64,000 bases of DNA, taken from assembly GCA_000146045.2 (NCBI GenBank), contig BK006948.2, forward strand, positions 896,001 to 960,000, given 5' to 3'. The notes beneath the pieces are model-generated. The model worked only from the letters and a program-made list of their open reading frames with translations. It had not been told where the DNA came from and did no database searches. The position numbers and the translations under genes are program-made. This document shows positions 43,621 through 53,772 of this stretch, one piece after another (the first letter of the stretch is position 1; each line of letters begins with the position of its first letter). This stretch comes from TPA_inf: Saccharomyces (taxonomy: Eukaryota).

Positions 43621-46600
43621 CTAGTACTCTCTAGAAATAGTAATGTCCCTTTCCAGCTCAACCAAATTTCTATTTGTAGTGCTTGACTTCCTTGCCGGCA
43701 ATTTTTTGGAATGTACTGCTTTCGCAGTCTTTCTTATTGGCGATGATGATGCCGTTCTTGCTTGTGATGGTTTCTTTTTATAATTAGATTTGTCGTTCAG
43801 AACGTCGTCAATCACTCCATCTATAGGAATATTAAAGAATTGTTTTTCTGTCTCCAAAGTATAGTCTAACGGTTTATTTGCACATTCATAGAACGCTTCA
43901 AATGCCTTCCTGCCACCATACACTCTTTTGTACTTCCTTTCCATAGGCGTGGTATTCTTTTTTCTGGTTAATTTTTTCTTATTTTCGTCATCTATCCTGT
44001 TTTCCTTCTTTCTCCTGTTCTCCAGCAATTGCTTTTCTGGGATTGCTGAATCGTTAGCAATTTTATGAAGTGTGGGATAATCTGGCATATTGACAGGTAA
44101 TCTGATTCGTTGATCAGCTTTGGCATTTTTGGTACCATCTAAAAAATTGGATCCCATAATACGTACTTTAGTCCTTTTGCCCTTCTCGACATCCTTTATA
44201 TAGTCTAGGAGGCTGTACTCTGCAGTGTTCCCATCTCTAGCGTATTCTTTGGATGTACACTCCCGCAGATACTCATCTTCTAGCCGATTCACATCGCGCT
44301 TATCTGACTGGACTTGCATCGCAAGAAAATATTTTAAGAACTCTGGAGTATAAGATTTATTATATTCTTCAAATACAGGTTCTCTGTAGTTATAGGCATA
44401 TTGTGATACTTTGCTGTCGATATCGAGATTTGGTTTACCCAATTTACTATTGGATTTGTCTAGCAGTTGATTGATATCAAGCGCCTCCCCATGAGGAATG
44501 GCGGTTTTGTTCGAGGGGGTTATGCAGTCCATATTGACTTCTTTACGTATGACAGAATCAATATCTACTTGCGAGAAAAAGGCACAGTTTTGCGGTAATT
44601 CATTTATCCCCATTTGCTGGCAAAACATTGCTCTCGTCCATATGTTGCTGATTTGCAAAGCCATAGCAGCTCTGTATTTGTCCTTTTCGCTCACCAAAAA
44701 TCTAATCTCATCATGGATGGAAATGCAAAGCCTTGCCTCAAGGTTATATTTCTTAATAATATATTCCATGGAGCAACAAAGAAGATGTAGATAATCCACT
44801 CCAGATGACTGGATGGCCCAATTGATTCTTGAAGGTAGAAAGGAATTCGCCCTCAGATTTTTCTTCATAAGTGAATAGGTAATACCACATCCCAGTACCG
44901 GTGTCTTTGGAGTTTCTTGTTCCGCGATGCTTTCTAATTTATTGAATAGAATTGACTCAGATCCACCATACCAAAATTTTTTGAATAATTTTGATCTTTT
45001 CGTTTTACCTTTCGTATTTTCATATAACTTATTCGCAATTTTTTTTGTCTCTTCATCAGTTAGAGATGGGTTAAACCTTTTAAGTAACTGACTCGCAAAT
45101 TTAGCACCAGCGCCGTAAATTCTACCATAATTAAAAATTTTCGCCTCATTACGAGAACACCCCAAAATTTGAGCAGTCTTCGTGTGCAAATCTGTACCTT
45201 CGTTTTTAGTGCCTTCTAAACACATCCAACCAATGGCGGTACCACCATGAACATTGAAAATGGAGTCACCGACTAAAGATGCTATCCACAATTCCTCACT
45301 ATCCACGTCCGCCCCAACAAAACAATAACCTGGAGGAGCTTTGACTTGAGTTTTCAATTCGGAACCTATCCTATTTGCTTTTGCATTGGATGCGGTTAAC
45401 CACGCATTTTCCACAGCTCTTCTAGTGATTGTGCCCATGGGGACGATTTTCGGTATAATTATGGCAAGATCATTTGTCTTCTCATTATTTAACGACGATT
45501 TTGCGGACAAAGACTGGAACTCATTAGGGAATTTACAACTGGGGACTACAAATTGGGATTGGATTCTTTCCCTTGCTGACATCCAATAAGACCCTGAAGA
45601 GTTAATTTGTAAAGCCTGATGAGCCAATTCTGACTCAGATTTTAGTACGCCCTTTTCAAAAAAATGGTTATACGATTTGGTTAAAAGATTAGTGCAATTA
45701 AAAGTCGGCCCATTGGGATGAGGTACTTTGAAAAGAACACCTGTGCATTGCAATCCTAGGTTATGCGTTCTTATTTCCTCTTCCTCTTGAGATACGCTAT
45801 CTGCCAAAACATAATTTTTAGCCTTGTATGTTTCTACTTGTTCATGGGGCACGTTGAAGCACCATCCAGACTCCTTCGACCATATTACGGGGGAATTCTC
45901 CCACGATAACTTGAACAAAATCGGAATTATTCTTGATTTAATAGTGATCTTAGGTTCTACAGTGTCCTTTGAGGGAAAAAGTTGTCTATACCATTCTGGA
46001 AAGCCGGGCAGCTTTTGACACTTTGCAGGAACACCTTTCTTTGTCAATCTTAAAGGTTTGGTGGTCCAATCCAATTGTGATAACCAGGGATCCTTGAGAT
46101 AAAAATCTGGTTTGTCCTTCAACAGGACGATATCTTTTATGATTTGAACAATTTTGGATTCTATCTGGACTTTGGACTGTTGGTACAAAGACTCAGAGCT
46201 GTTCAAGTAATCATTCCAGTCGTTTAGCTTCGTCGGCAGAATGCATTTGCTTAAGGACTTTAAACCTGCAAACGAAACTGGATGAGGACACTTTTTCAGG
46301 AAAACAGGGAAAATCTCATCAAACACTTGGCTTGTGGCCGTTACGTCAGTGGCGCAGTAGTTGACCAGTTTTTGGAAATTTTCTATTATCGTTGATTTAT
46401 CTGTGGAAGCAAAGAAATCTCTATCAGTCTTATCAAGATCTATCTTGCAGTGAAATTTCGCTACATCCTTTAGCGAGTTTAAAGCAGACACATTTAACCA
46501 AGGGTCGTCATAATCTTCTATGGAAATTTCTGGATGTACTTCCGATTCCACTTCTGCCTCTTTTTTCTTGTTATTCTTCATGAACATCGGACGTTGTCTT

Positions 46601-47385
46601 GAACACAGCCCGAAAGATGCAATATGCAGAGATTGAGTGTCGAGGAAAAACGCCTTCGAGTCCCTGAAGTTGTATTCTTCGAGAACCCGTGCCCTATCAT
46701 ACGCAACATTGTGACCAATTATTACTTGCTCTTTATTCAATGTGTTTAGGGGTATCAGTGCAGCAGGATCATCACCACCACATATGAACGGCGAACACCA
46801 AAGGTACCACGCCGTCGATGACAAGGCCGTGGCCAAAGTCGGATAGTCAGAGACGTTATAGAGTGTTTCTACATCAAACACCACCAGCTCTTCGTCTGGG
46901 TATGCCACTTCGACGGGTGCCATTCCAGGTACGTATTTAACCCAGCCTGGCTTCCGCAGCCATTCCGCCGGTCGTGCCACCATCTCCGTGAACTTGTCCT
47001 CGCAAAAACTCTTGTACGGTTCAGAATTGAAACGCCCAATCTTCTGGAAATGCTCATCTAGCGACCTGCCTTGTAGTGGCGGCAGAGGAAACGATATTGG
47101 ATCCGTGATGAGCGTCTTCTTCCCCCACAACCCATGGTCCTTTAGCGACTTTTTCGATAACTCCATAAGTTTGTCGCTTTGCTCCACCTCATCTTTACCA
47201 CCGCAACTACCAAATACCTGTCTTTGCAAAGACTCACCTAAATACTGTATCCCCACAGGATTAATCCTGGGTGCTTCTGCGGTATTCTTCTTTGTGGAGA
47301 ACCATCGAGCACAAAACTGCACACGCAGCGGCCGCCGCCGCACCATTCGCAGCATGCATTCAGATCTAACCATCAATTTCGTCAT
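43621..47385 (-). CDS. MIP1: Mitochondrial DNA polymerase gamma catalytic subunit
   Basis: Family A polymerase with 3'-5' exonuclease and pol domains. Recognised as Mip1 (YOR330C). I recall the accepted 1254-aa protein starting MTKLMVRSECML..., which is the ATG at 47385. The ORF stays open in frame up to an ATG at 47463. Confidence 0.88.
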   Translation of the reverse strand: MTKLMVRSECMLRMVRRRPLRVQFCARWFSTKKNTAEAPRINPVGIQYLGESLQRQVFGSCGGKDEVEQSDKLMELSKKSLKDHGLWGKKTLITDPISFPLPPLQGRSLDEHFQKIGRFNSEPYKSFCEDKFTEMVARPAEWLRKPGWVKYVPGMAPVEVAYPDEELVVFDVETLYNVSDYPTLATALSSTAWYLWCSPFICGGDDPAALIPLNTLNKEQVIIGHNVAYDRARVLEEYNFRDSKAFFLDTQSLHIASFGLCSRQRPMFMKNNKKKEAEVESEVHPEISIEDYDDPWLNVSALNSLKDVAKFHCKIDLDKTDRDFFASTDKSTIIENFQKLVNYCATDVTATSQVFDEIFPVFLKKCPHPVSFAGLKSLSKCILPTKLNDWNDYLNSSESLYQQSKVQIESKIVQIIKDIVLLKDKPDFYLKDPWLSQLDWTTKPLRLTKKGVPAKCQKLPGFPEWYRQLFPSKDTVEPKITIKSRIIPILFKLSWENSPVIWSKESGWCFNVPHEQVETYKAKNYVLADSVSQEEEEIRTHNLGLQCTGVLFKVPHPNGPTFNCTNLLTKSYNHFFEKGVLKSESELAHQALQINSSGSYWMSARERIQSQFVVPSCKFPNEFQSLSAKSSLNNEKTNDLAIIIPKIVPMGTITRRAVENAWLTASNAKANRIGSELKTQVKAPPGYCFVGADVDSEELWIASLVGDSIFNVHGGTAIGWMCLEGTKNEGTDLHTKTAQILGCSRNEAKIFNYGRIYGAGAKFASQLLKRFNPSLTDEETKKIANKLYENTKGKTKRSKLFKKFWYGGSESILFNKLESIAEQETPKTPVLGCGITYSLMKKNLRANSFLPSRINWAIQSSGVDYLHLLCCSMEYIIKKYNLEARLCISIHDEIRFLVSEKDKYRAAMALQISNIWTRAMFCQQMGINELPQNCAFFSQVDIDSVIRKEVNMDCITPSNKTAIPHGEALDINQLLDKSNSKLGKPNLDIDSKVSQYAYNYREPVFEEYNKSYTPEFLKYFLAMQVQSDKRDVNRLEDEYLRECTSKEYARDGNTAEYSLLDYIKDVEKGKRTKVRIMGSNFLDGTKNAKADQRIRLPVNMPDYPTLHKIANDSAIPEKQLLENRRKKENRIDDENKKKLTRKKNTTPMERKYKRVYGGRKAFEAFYECANKPLDYTLETEKQFFNIPIDGVIDDVLNDKSNYKKKPSQARTASSSPIRKTAKAVHSKKLPARKSSTTNRNLVELERDITISREY

Positions 47386-47655
47386 ACTTGTCCCTCGTTG
47401 CTCAACAACTACATATAATCCCCATCTCGACCTCTTCTTTAGAACCGTTCTTTCGTAGTCCATACCTATTGTTGTTTACTGAGTATCGGCTAAAAGTGCG
47501 CCCGAGGTCACCCGCCACGGAGAGGGGCGAAAGCGGCCATTTCGATAAGAACTCACGCTATATATCAGCAAAGAACAATAGCAGTTGCAAGAAAAGTTGT
47601 TTGTAACTGTTTTACAAAAGAGGCACAGAACAGGCCACGCACCATCCGATACAGC

Positions 47656-48357
47656 ATGTCCTCCGCTATTACTGCTTTGACACCAAACCAAGTGAACGAT
47701 GAATTGAACAAGATGCAAGCTTTCATCAGAAAGGAAGCTGAAGAAAAAGCGAAGGAAATCCAATTGAAGGCTGACCAAGAGTACGAAATCGAGAAGACCA
47801 ACATCGTAAGAAATGAAACCAACAACATTGACGGCAACTTCAAGAGCAAGTTGAAGAAGGCCATGCTTTCGCAACAGATTACTAAGTCAACGATAGCAAA
47901 CAAAATGAGGTTGAAGGTTCTTTCTGCTCGTGAACAGTCGCTAGACGGGATATTCGAGGAAACCAAGGAAAAGTTGTCAGGAATTGCCAACAACCGGGAC
48001 GAGTACAAGCCCATTTTGCAATCATTGATCGTGGAGGCACTTTTGAAGTTGTTGGAACCTAAGGCGATTGTCAAGGCTCTTGAAAGAGACGTCGATTTAA
48101 TCGAGTCGATGAAGGACGACATTATGCGTGAGTATGGGGAAAAGGCCCAGCGCGCACCATTGGAAGAGATTGTTATCTCCAATGATTACTTGAACAAAGA
48201 CCTTGTTTCCGGCGGTGTTGTGGTCTCCAATGCATCAGACAAGATTGAAATTAACAACACTTTGGAGGAAAGATTGAAATTGTTAAGTGAAGAGGCATTG
48301 CCCGCCATCAGATTGGAATTGTATGGTCCTTCCAAGACAAGAAAGTTCTTTGATTGA
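47656..48357 (+). CDS. VMA4: V-ATPase peripheral stalk subunit E
   Basis: 233-aa coiled-coil-rich ORF recognised as Vma4 (YOR332W). Confidence 0.92.
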
Positions 48358-48457
48358 TCGACCAGCAGCTTGTATACCTACATACTTACATATACACTCC
48401 TAACAGATTTTTTTTTGTATGTTGTTCTTTCCTCTGTGGTGGTCCAGTCTTTTGTCT

Positions 48458-48463
48458 CTTTTT

Positions 48464-48496
<33 letters not shown>

Positions 48497-48497
48497 T
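48458..48497. repeat. Long poly(dT) tract (about 40 nt, T10 C TTC T27) in the MRS2 promoter / VMA4 3' region
   Basis: Read directly. It lies about 100 bp upstream of the MRS2 ATG and has the character of a nucleosome-depleted-region element. Confidence 0.85.
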
Positions 48498-48595
48498 GCA
48501 GCATTATGATAGAACAATAGGGCTCAAGATCGCACCAAGGCTAACAGTAACGGTATACGCAATCGTAGTGAAAGTGATTTTCAATCAAGCATCTC

Positions 48596-50008
48596 ATGAA
48601 TCGGCGTCTCCTGGTACGTTCTATATCTTGTTTCCAACCTTTGTCGAGAATAACTTTTGGAAGACCAAACACGCCATTTCTTAGAAAGTATGCTGACACA
48701 TCCACTGCTGCAAACACCAACAGCACCATATTGCGGAAACAGTTACTATCGTTGAAGCCCATTTCTGCCTCTGATTCACTGTTCATTTCGTGTACGGTAT
48801 TCAATTCTAAGGGAAATATTATCTCAATGTCCGAGAAGTTTCCTAAATGGTCCTTTTTAACTGAACATTCCCTTTTCCCCAGAGACCTGAGGAAAATAGA
48901 TAACTCCTCTATTGATATTATTCCAACCATCATGTGTAAGCCAAACTGTATTGTCATCAACTTATTGCATATCAAAGCTCTTATCGAACGAGATAAGGTC
49001 TACGTCTTCGATACAACAAACCCTTCCGCCGCTGCCAAACTGAGTGTACTTATGTATGACTTGGAGTCTAAGTTGTCCTCCACCAAGAATAACTCTCAAT
49101 TTTACGAGCATAGAGCCCTCGAGAGTATTTTCATCAACGTAATGAGCGCACTGGAAACAGATTTCAAGCTTCACTCACAAATCTGTATTCAAATCTTAAA
49201 TGATCTGGAAAACGAGGTCAATAGACTTAAACTGCGGCATCTTTTAATTAAGTCCAAAGATCTTACGCTTTTTTACCAAAAAACTTTATTGATTAGAGAT
49301 CTATTAGATGAACTATTAGAAAACGACGATGATTTAGCAAACATGTACTTGACAGTTAAGAAGTCTCCTAAGGACAATTTTTCGGACTTGGAAATGCTTA
49401 TAGAGACGTACTACACCCAATGTGATGAATACGTTCAGCAATCAGAATCTTTGATTCAGGATATCAAATCTACTGAAGAAATTGTCAACATCATATTGGA
49501 CGCAAATAGAAATTCCTTAATGTTGTTGGAGTTGAAAGTTACCATCTACACGTTGGGATTCACAGTAGCATCTGTTCTGCCGGCATTCTATGGTATGAAT
49601 TTAAAGAATTTCATCGAGGAGAGTGAATGGGGGTTTACTTCAGTGGCGGTATTTTCTATTGTTTCTGCCCTTTATATCACCAAGAAAAATTTTAATTCTT
49701 TAAGATCCGTGACAAAGATGACCATGTATCCAAACTCACCCGCAAACTCCAGTGTGTATCCTAAAACATCAGCGTCTATTGCCCTGACAAATAAACTAAA
49801 GCGAAGGCGGAAGTGGTGGAAATCAACCAAGCAGCGGTTGGGAGTGCTACTTTATGGCAGCAGCTACACTAATAAGGCTAACCTGTCGAATAATAAGATT
49901 AATAAAGGTTTTTCAAAGGTGAAGAAATTTAACATGGAGAATGATATTAAGAACAAGCAGAACAGAGATATGATTTGGAAATGGTTGATAGAAGACAAGA
50001 AAAATTGA
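48596..50008 (+). CDS. MRS2: Mitochondrial inner-membrane Mg2+ channel (CorA family)
   Basis: 470-aa ORF with two C-terminal TMs flanking the CorA signature (AFYGMNLKNF contains G-M-N). Recognised as Mrs2 (YOR334W). Confidence 0.92.
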   Translation: MNRRLLVRSISCFQPLSRITFGRPNTPFLRKYADTSTAANTNSTILRKQLLSLKPISASDSLFISCTVFNSKGNIISMSEKFPKWSFLTEHSLFPRDLRKIDNSSIDIIPTIMCKPNCIVINLLHIKALIERDKVYVFDTTNPSAAAKLSVLMYDLESKLSSTKNNSQFYEHRALESIFINVMSALETDFKLHSQICIQILNDLENEVNRLKLRHLLIKSKDLTLFYQKTLLIRDLLDELLENDDDLANMYLTVKKSPKDNFSDLEMLIETYYTQCDEYVQQSESLIQDIKSTEEIVNIILDANRNSLMLLELKVTIYTLGFTVASVLPAFYGMNLKNFIEESEWGFTSVAVFSIVSALYITKKNFNSLRSVTKMTMYPNSPANSSVYPKTSASIALTNKLKRRRKWWKSTKQRLGVLLYGSSYTNKANLSNNKINKGFSKVKKFNMENDIKNKQNRDMIWKWLIEDKKN

Positions 50009-50232
50009 AAGGCGATTATCATGATAAACTATACAATATTATTAGCATAAACCTGTATATATACATATGTAAGAAAAAAGGGTATTTAAAACTCTTTTTA
50101 ACAGCAAATCTTTTGTCCTTGTAAAAACATAAATAATTAAACTAAGACTAATTATACAATGACACTTTTTTATTAAGAGCAAAATAAACAAAAAGAACTC
50201 CTATGCATTATTTTTCGTTTTATTTTAACTTC

Positions 50233-53109
50233 TTAAATGGAAAGCTTCTCCTTGAACAAACTTTCCAAATCATCAACTGCATCCTTTATAGCGGCTGGTT
50301 TATCACCCATACCTTGGAAAACATTACCTTTACCACCAGCCTTACCGCCGATGATACTGGACACCTTTTTGGCAAGCGCAGAACCATCAATACCCTTGGC
50401 TAAAGCAGCATTGGAGATGTAACAACCGTGAGCAACACGACCTTCAGGGTCATTACCTGCCAATAAATAGATTGACTTGTCTTTGACAGAATCATTGGAT
50501 TTCATGTAGTTGATCGCTTCAGTGATAGCTTTAGCATTTGGAGAAATATCAATGAATTTAACTAGGTATGGAGCATTCTCATTGGTTTCGAAAAATGTCT
50601 TCACTTCATCAAGAGTTTGTTTGTTTTCTTTTTTGGCCCTTGACTTAACTTCATCCTTCACTGCTTTTTCAATTTTGTTAAATTTCTGCTTCAGTTCATT
50701 TTTTGTGATAACAGAAATTGAAAGTTGACCAAGTTTGACACCAAGTTCCTTCAACTTCTTTTCTTTGATTGGAGAGAACGGCAGCTTGTCTGCAGCATCC
50801 AAATCAGCAGCAAACTGTTCAGCCAATCTTTGAGCTTCAAAGGCTTCAGTTCCAGTAACAGCAACAATTCTTCTGATACCCTTTGCAATACCGCTCTCTT
50901 CTAAAATGACGAAGTATTTAATATCGCCTGTCTTGTTGACATGGGTACCACCGCAAAATTCAATAGAATACTTGGTCCACTCTTCGTTAGCTGGGTTGGC
51001 CAACAATTCTTCGATTGGCTTACCAACAGAAACTACACGAACTGGATCTGGGTAAGTCTCACCAAAGACAGCACGAACACCATCAATGGATTTGGCCAAG
51101 TCCAATGGAATTTCCTTGTAAAACACTTGTAAGTTTTCTTTAATTTGCTCATTACAGATATCTTCAACTTTTTTCAATTCTTCATTTGACACAGCCTTTT
51201 TATGAGAGAAATCGAATCTCAATTTTTCTGGGGCAACCAAAGAACCCTTTTGATCGACATCATTACCCAAAGTTTCCTTCAGAGCAAAGTTTAAGATATG
51301 TGTACCAGTATGATTGTTCTTAATAGGGAAACGACGTAGTTCATCGAATGAAGCGATAATCTTGTCACCGACAGACAACTTACCTTCTTCTAAAGACCCG
51401 GTGTGGAAAACAAAACCGTTATACAATTGAACATTTTCAACATTAAACTCAGCAGCGTCATCAATAACAATTTTACCAGTGTCATATTCTTGACCACCTT
51501 GTTCGGCGTAGAAACATGTTTTATCCAAAATAATACCGTACTTCTTACCTGGTTCAGTGATCTCATCAACAAAGTTGGTACCGTCATGCAGTTTCAAAAT
51601 GGTACCTTCGACGTTGGCGCTGCCGTATTTGAATTCATCATTAGTCTTGGGCACCTTAGCATCGTTCAACTCGGATAATTCATGGACGTTTAACTTAATC
51701 AAATCACTTTGGTCCTTCTTACCACCTCTTTTGGATGCTTCGTATGACTCTTGTTTGGCCTTTTCGAAACCGGGTCCATCAATCTTCAAGCCTTGTTCTT
51801 CAGCCATCAATTCAGTCAAGTCGACTGGGAAACCATAAGTGTCGTAAAGTCTCCAAACTTGTTTACCGTCTAAAGTCTTAGATTCAGTCTTAGAAGCAGC
51901 AGAAGCATATTTTTCAAATAGTCTTTCACCACGATCCAAGGTCTTAGCGAAAGAAGCTTCTTCTTCATCCAAGATTTCAAAGAGGAATGCAGGATCCTTG
52001 GCTAATTCGGGAAAGATATCTTGAACCTGAGAAATTAAAGTTGGAGCCAAAGTGGAGAAAAAGTTACCGATTGGGTAATTCATGTATTTACGGGCGTAAC
52101 GGGCACCTCTTCTTAGAATGCGTCTCAAAACATATCCTCTACCTTCATTGTTTGGAACGCCACCGTCAGCTAAGGCAAAAGTCAATGTACGGACATGATC
52201 AGCTAAAACTCTGTAGGCAGTATCGATACCGTCCTTGTCATTCTCACCAAAATTGCCAGAATATGGTCTAACTGAAGTGATTTCTTGGATACGCTCGAAC
52301 AAAGGTGTGAAAACATCGGTATCATAGTTAGATCTAACATCTTGCAGAACAGAAACCAATCTTTCGAACCCCATACCTGTGTCGATATGCTTGGCAGGTA
52401 AAGGCTTCAAAGACCCGTCTTGTTCTCTGTTGAATTGAATGAAAACCAAATTCCAAACTTCCAAGACATCAGGGTCGTCCATATTAACCAAGGAAGCAGC
52501 ATTTCTACCACCTATTCTATCGTAGTGAATTTCAGAACAAGGACCACATGGGCCTTGGTCACCCATTTCCCAAAAGTTGTCCTTTGCATTACCAGGTAAT
52601 ATATGGTCATCGGGAACACCAACATTTTTCCATAGTTCACGGGCTTCAGTATCAGGTTCCAAGCCTAACTTTTCATCACCTTCAAAATAGGTAACGTATA
52701 ATCTATCCTTTGGAATGCCGTATACTTCAGTCAACAAAGTCCATGAGTAAGTAATAGCTTCCTTCTTGAAATAGTCGCCAAACGACCAGTTACCCAGCAT
52801 TTCAAAAAAGGTATGATGATAAGAATCCTTACCGACATCTTCTAAATCGTTGTGTTTACCACCAGCTCTGATACACTTTTGAGAGTTGTAAGCCCTTTTC
52901 AAGGTGTAGAAATCGGAAGCTGGATCGACAGTACCTAAAAAGATAGGCTTGTATTGGTTCATACCGGCATTAGCGAAAAGTAAAGTTGGATCATCAAATG
53001 GAACTACTGGAGAGGATTTGACAAACTTGTGTTCTTTAGATTTGAAATAGTCTAGAAAGGTATTACGGACATTAGTAGCGGTCCATTTTTGCTTATCACC
53101 GATCGTCAT
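50233..53109 (-). CDS. ALA1: Alanyl-tRNA synthetase, cytoplasmic isoform from ATG at 53109 (958 aa)
   Basis: Class II AlaRS recognised as Ala1 (YOR335C). The protein starts [14 protein letters not shown]... The track ORF is 16 codons longer because it starts at an upstream TTG (53157). Confidence 0.92.
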   Translation of the reverse strand: MTIGDKQKWTATNVRNTFLDYFKSKEHKFVKSSPVVPFDDPTLLFANAGMNQYKPIFLGTVDPASDFYTLKRAYNSQKCIRAGGKHNDLEDVGKDSYHHTFFEMLGNWSFGDYFKKEAITYSWTLLTEVYGIPKDRLYVTYFEGDEKLGLEPDTEARELWKNVGVPDDHILPGNAKDNFWEMGDQGPCGPCSEIHYDRIGGRNAASLVNMDDPDVLEVWNLVFIQFNREQDGSLKPLPAKHIDTGMGFERLVSVLQDVRSNYDTDVFTPLFERIQEITSVRPYSGNFGENDKDGIDTAYRVLADHVRTLTFALADGGVPNNEGRGYVLRRILRRGARYARKYMNYPIGNFFSTLAPTLISQVQDIFPELAKDPAFLFEILDEEEASFAKTLDRGERLFEKYASAASKTESKTLDGKQVWRLYDTYGFPVDLTELMAEEQGLKIDGPGFEKAKQESYEASKRGGKKDQSDLIKLNVHELSELNDAKVPKTNDEFKYGSANVEGTILKLHDGTNFVDEITEPGKKYGIILDKTCFYAEQGGQEYDTGKIVIDDAAEFNVENVQLYNGFVFHTGSLEEGKLSVGDKIIASFDELRRFPIKNNHTGTHILNFALKETLGNDVDQKGSLVAPEKLRFDFSHKKAVSNEELKKVEDICNEQIKENLQVFYKEIPLDLAKSIDGVRAVFGETYPDPVRVVSVGKPIEELLANPANEEWTKYSIEFCGGTHVNKTGDIKYFVILEESGIAKGIRRIVAVTGTEAFEAQRLAEQFAADLDAADKLPFSPIKEKKLKELGVKLGQLSISVITKNELKQKFNKIEKAVKDEVKSRAKKENKQTLDEVKTFFETNENAPYLVKFIDISPNAKAITEAINYMKSNDSVKDKSIYLLAGNDPEGRVAHGCYISNAALAKGIDGSALAKKVSSIIGGKAGGKGNVFQGMGDKPAAIKDAVDDLESLFKEKLSI

Positions 53110-53184
53110 TATGGTTCTAGTTGATGTAGTTAATTGCTTCTTGAAAGAAAGAGTCAAGTTCCTTAATCCGGTAGTTGACGTCGT
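53110..53184 (-). CDS. ALA1: In-frame 5' extension of ALA1 beginning at tandem ACG ACG codons (53184-53179), the presumptive mitochondrial-isoform presequence
   Basis: ACGACG is read directly at codons -25/-24 relative to the ATG. The frame is open throughout and encodes [25 protein letters not shown], a basic, hydroxylated stretch that looks like a mitochondrial targeting sequence. This is consistent with published non-AUG initiation of mitochondrial AlaRS in yeast. Confidence 0.6.
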
Positions 53185-53772
53185 CTTGTCTTAAATAAGA
53201 AGATGTTGGAAGCACGCCTTTTTTGTAATTCTATTTAAAAAAAACCGACTTTGTTCAATCAAACTGCTTTCATATCTGATAGCAGTCGCCAACTGCGTTT
53301 TTCTTGTTTTACTCATCATCCATCGAGCGGATGAAAAAAAAGAGAAAAAAGAAACGGCCAATCCGTTGATCATGATTAAATAAAATATAGGGTTCTGAAT
53401 TGTTAGGTTTAATCTGCAAATTATTCAGGTCATCGTTGACTTTTTTGCAGGGCACTAAAAACCGCTAACATAGGACGGTATATTGCTGATTTTAGACTTA
53501 ACTTCTTGGTGTAGTCGTCTCTGAACATGGCATGATACAGCTTTGGTGGGTCACTAGAACAATTTGAATCTTGCTCAGCACGCTCTGTCTTACGTATATA
53601 TCCAATTTCAGTTGATTCGAAAGACATGAAAGATTATTAATGTGTGCATTACCCGGATTGTCAATAACTCATATAGTTAGTATACTAATTAACTAACTAT
53701 ATAACGTGGCATATTAAAGATTAATTGTCCTGGTAGAATATAGACGTATCAGTGTGAGTGCCTCTGTTGATT

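Noticed and set aside
47565-48182. 205-aa minus-strand ORF antisense to VMA4 (probably YOR331C)
   Set aside because: It overlaps almost all of VMA4, a highly expressed, well-conserved gene. Its composition is hydrophobic and low-complexity, with no support.
48541-48975. 144-aa minus-strand ORF overlapping the MRS2 5' end (probably YOR333C)
   Set aside because: It is antisense to a verified gene and has no recognisable features.
53155-53157. ORF-track start of ALA1 at TTG (shown as M) and RPL20B exon-2 start at GTG (4766-4768)
   Set aside because: These are non-ATG codons accepted by the ORF caller, not real initiators. The real starts are the ATG at 53109 (with ACG-ACG at 53184 for the long form) and the spliced A|TG for RPL20B.
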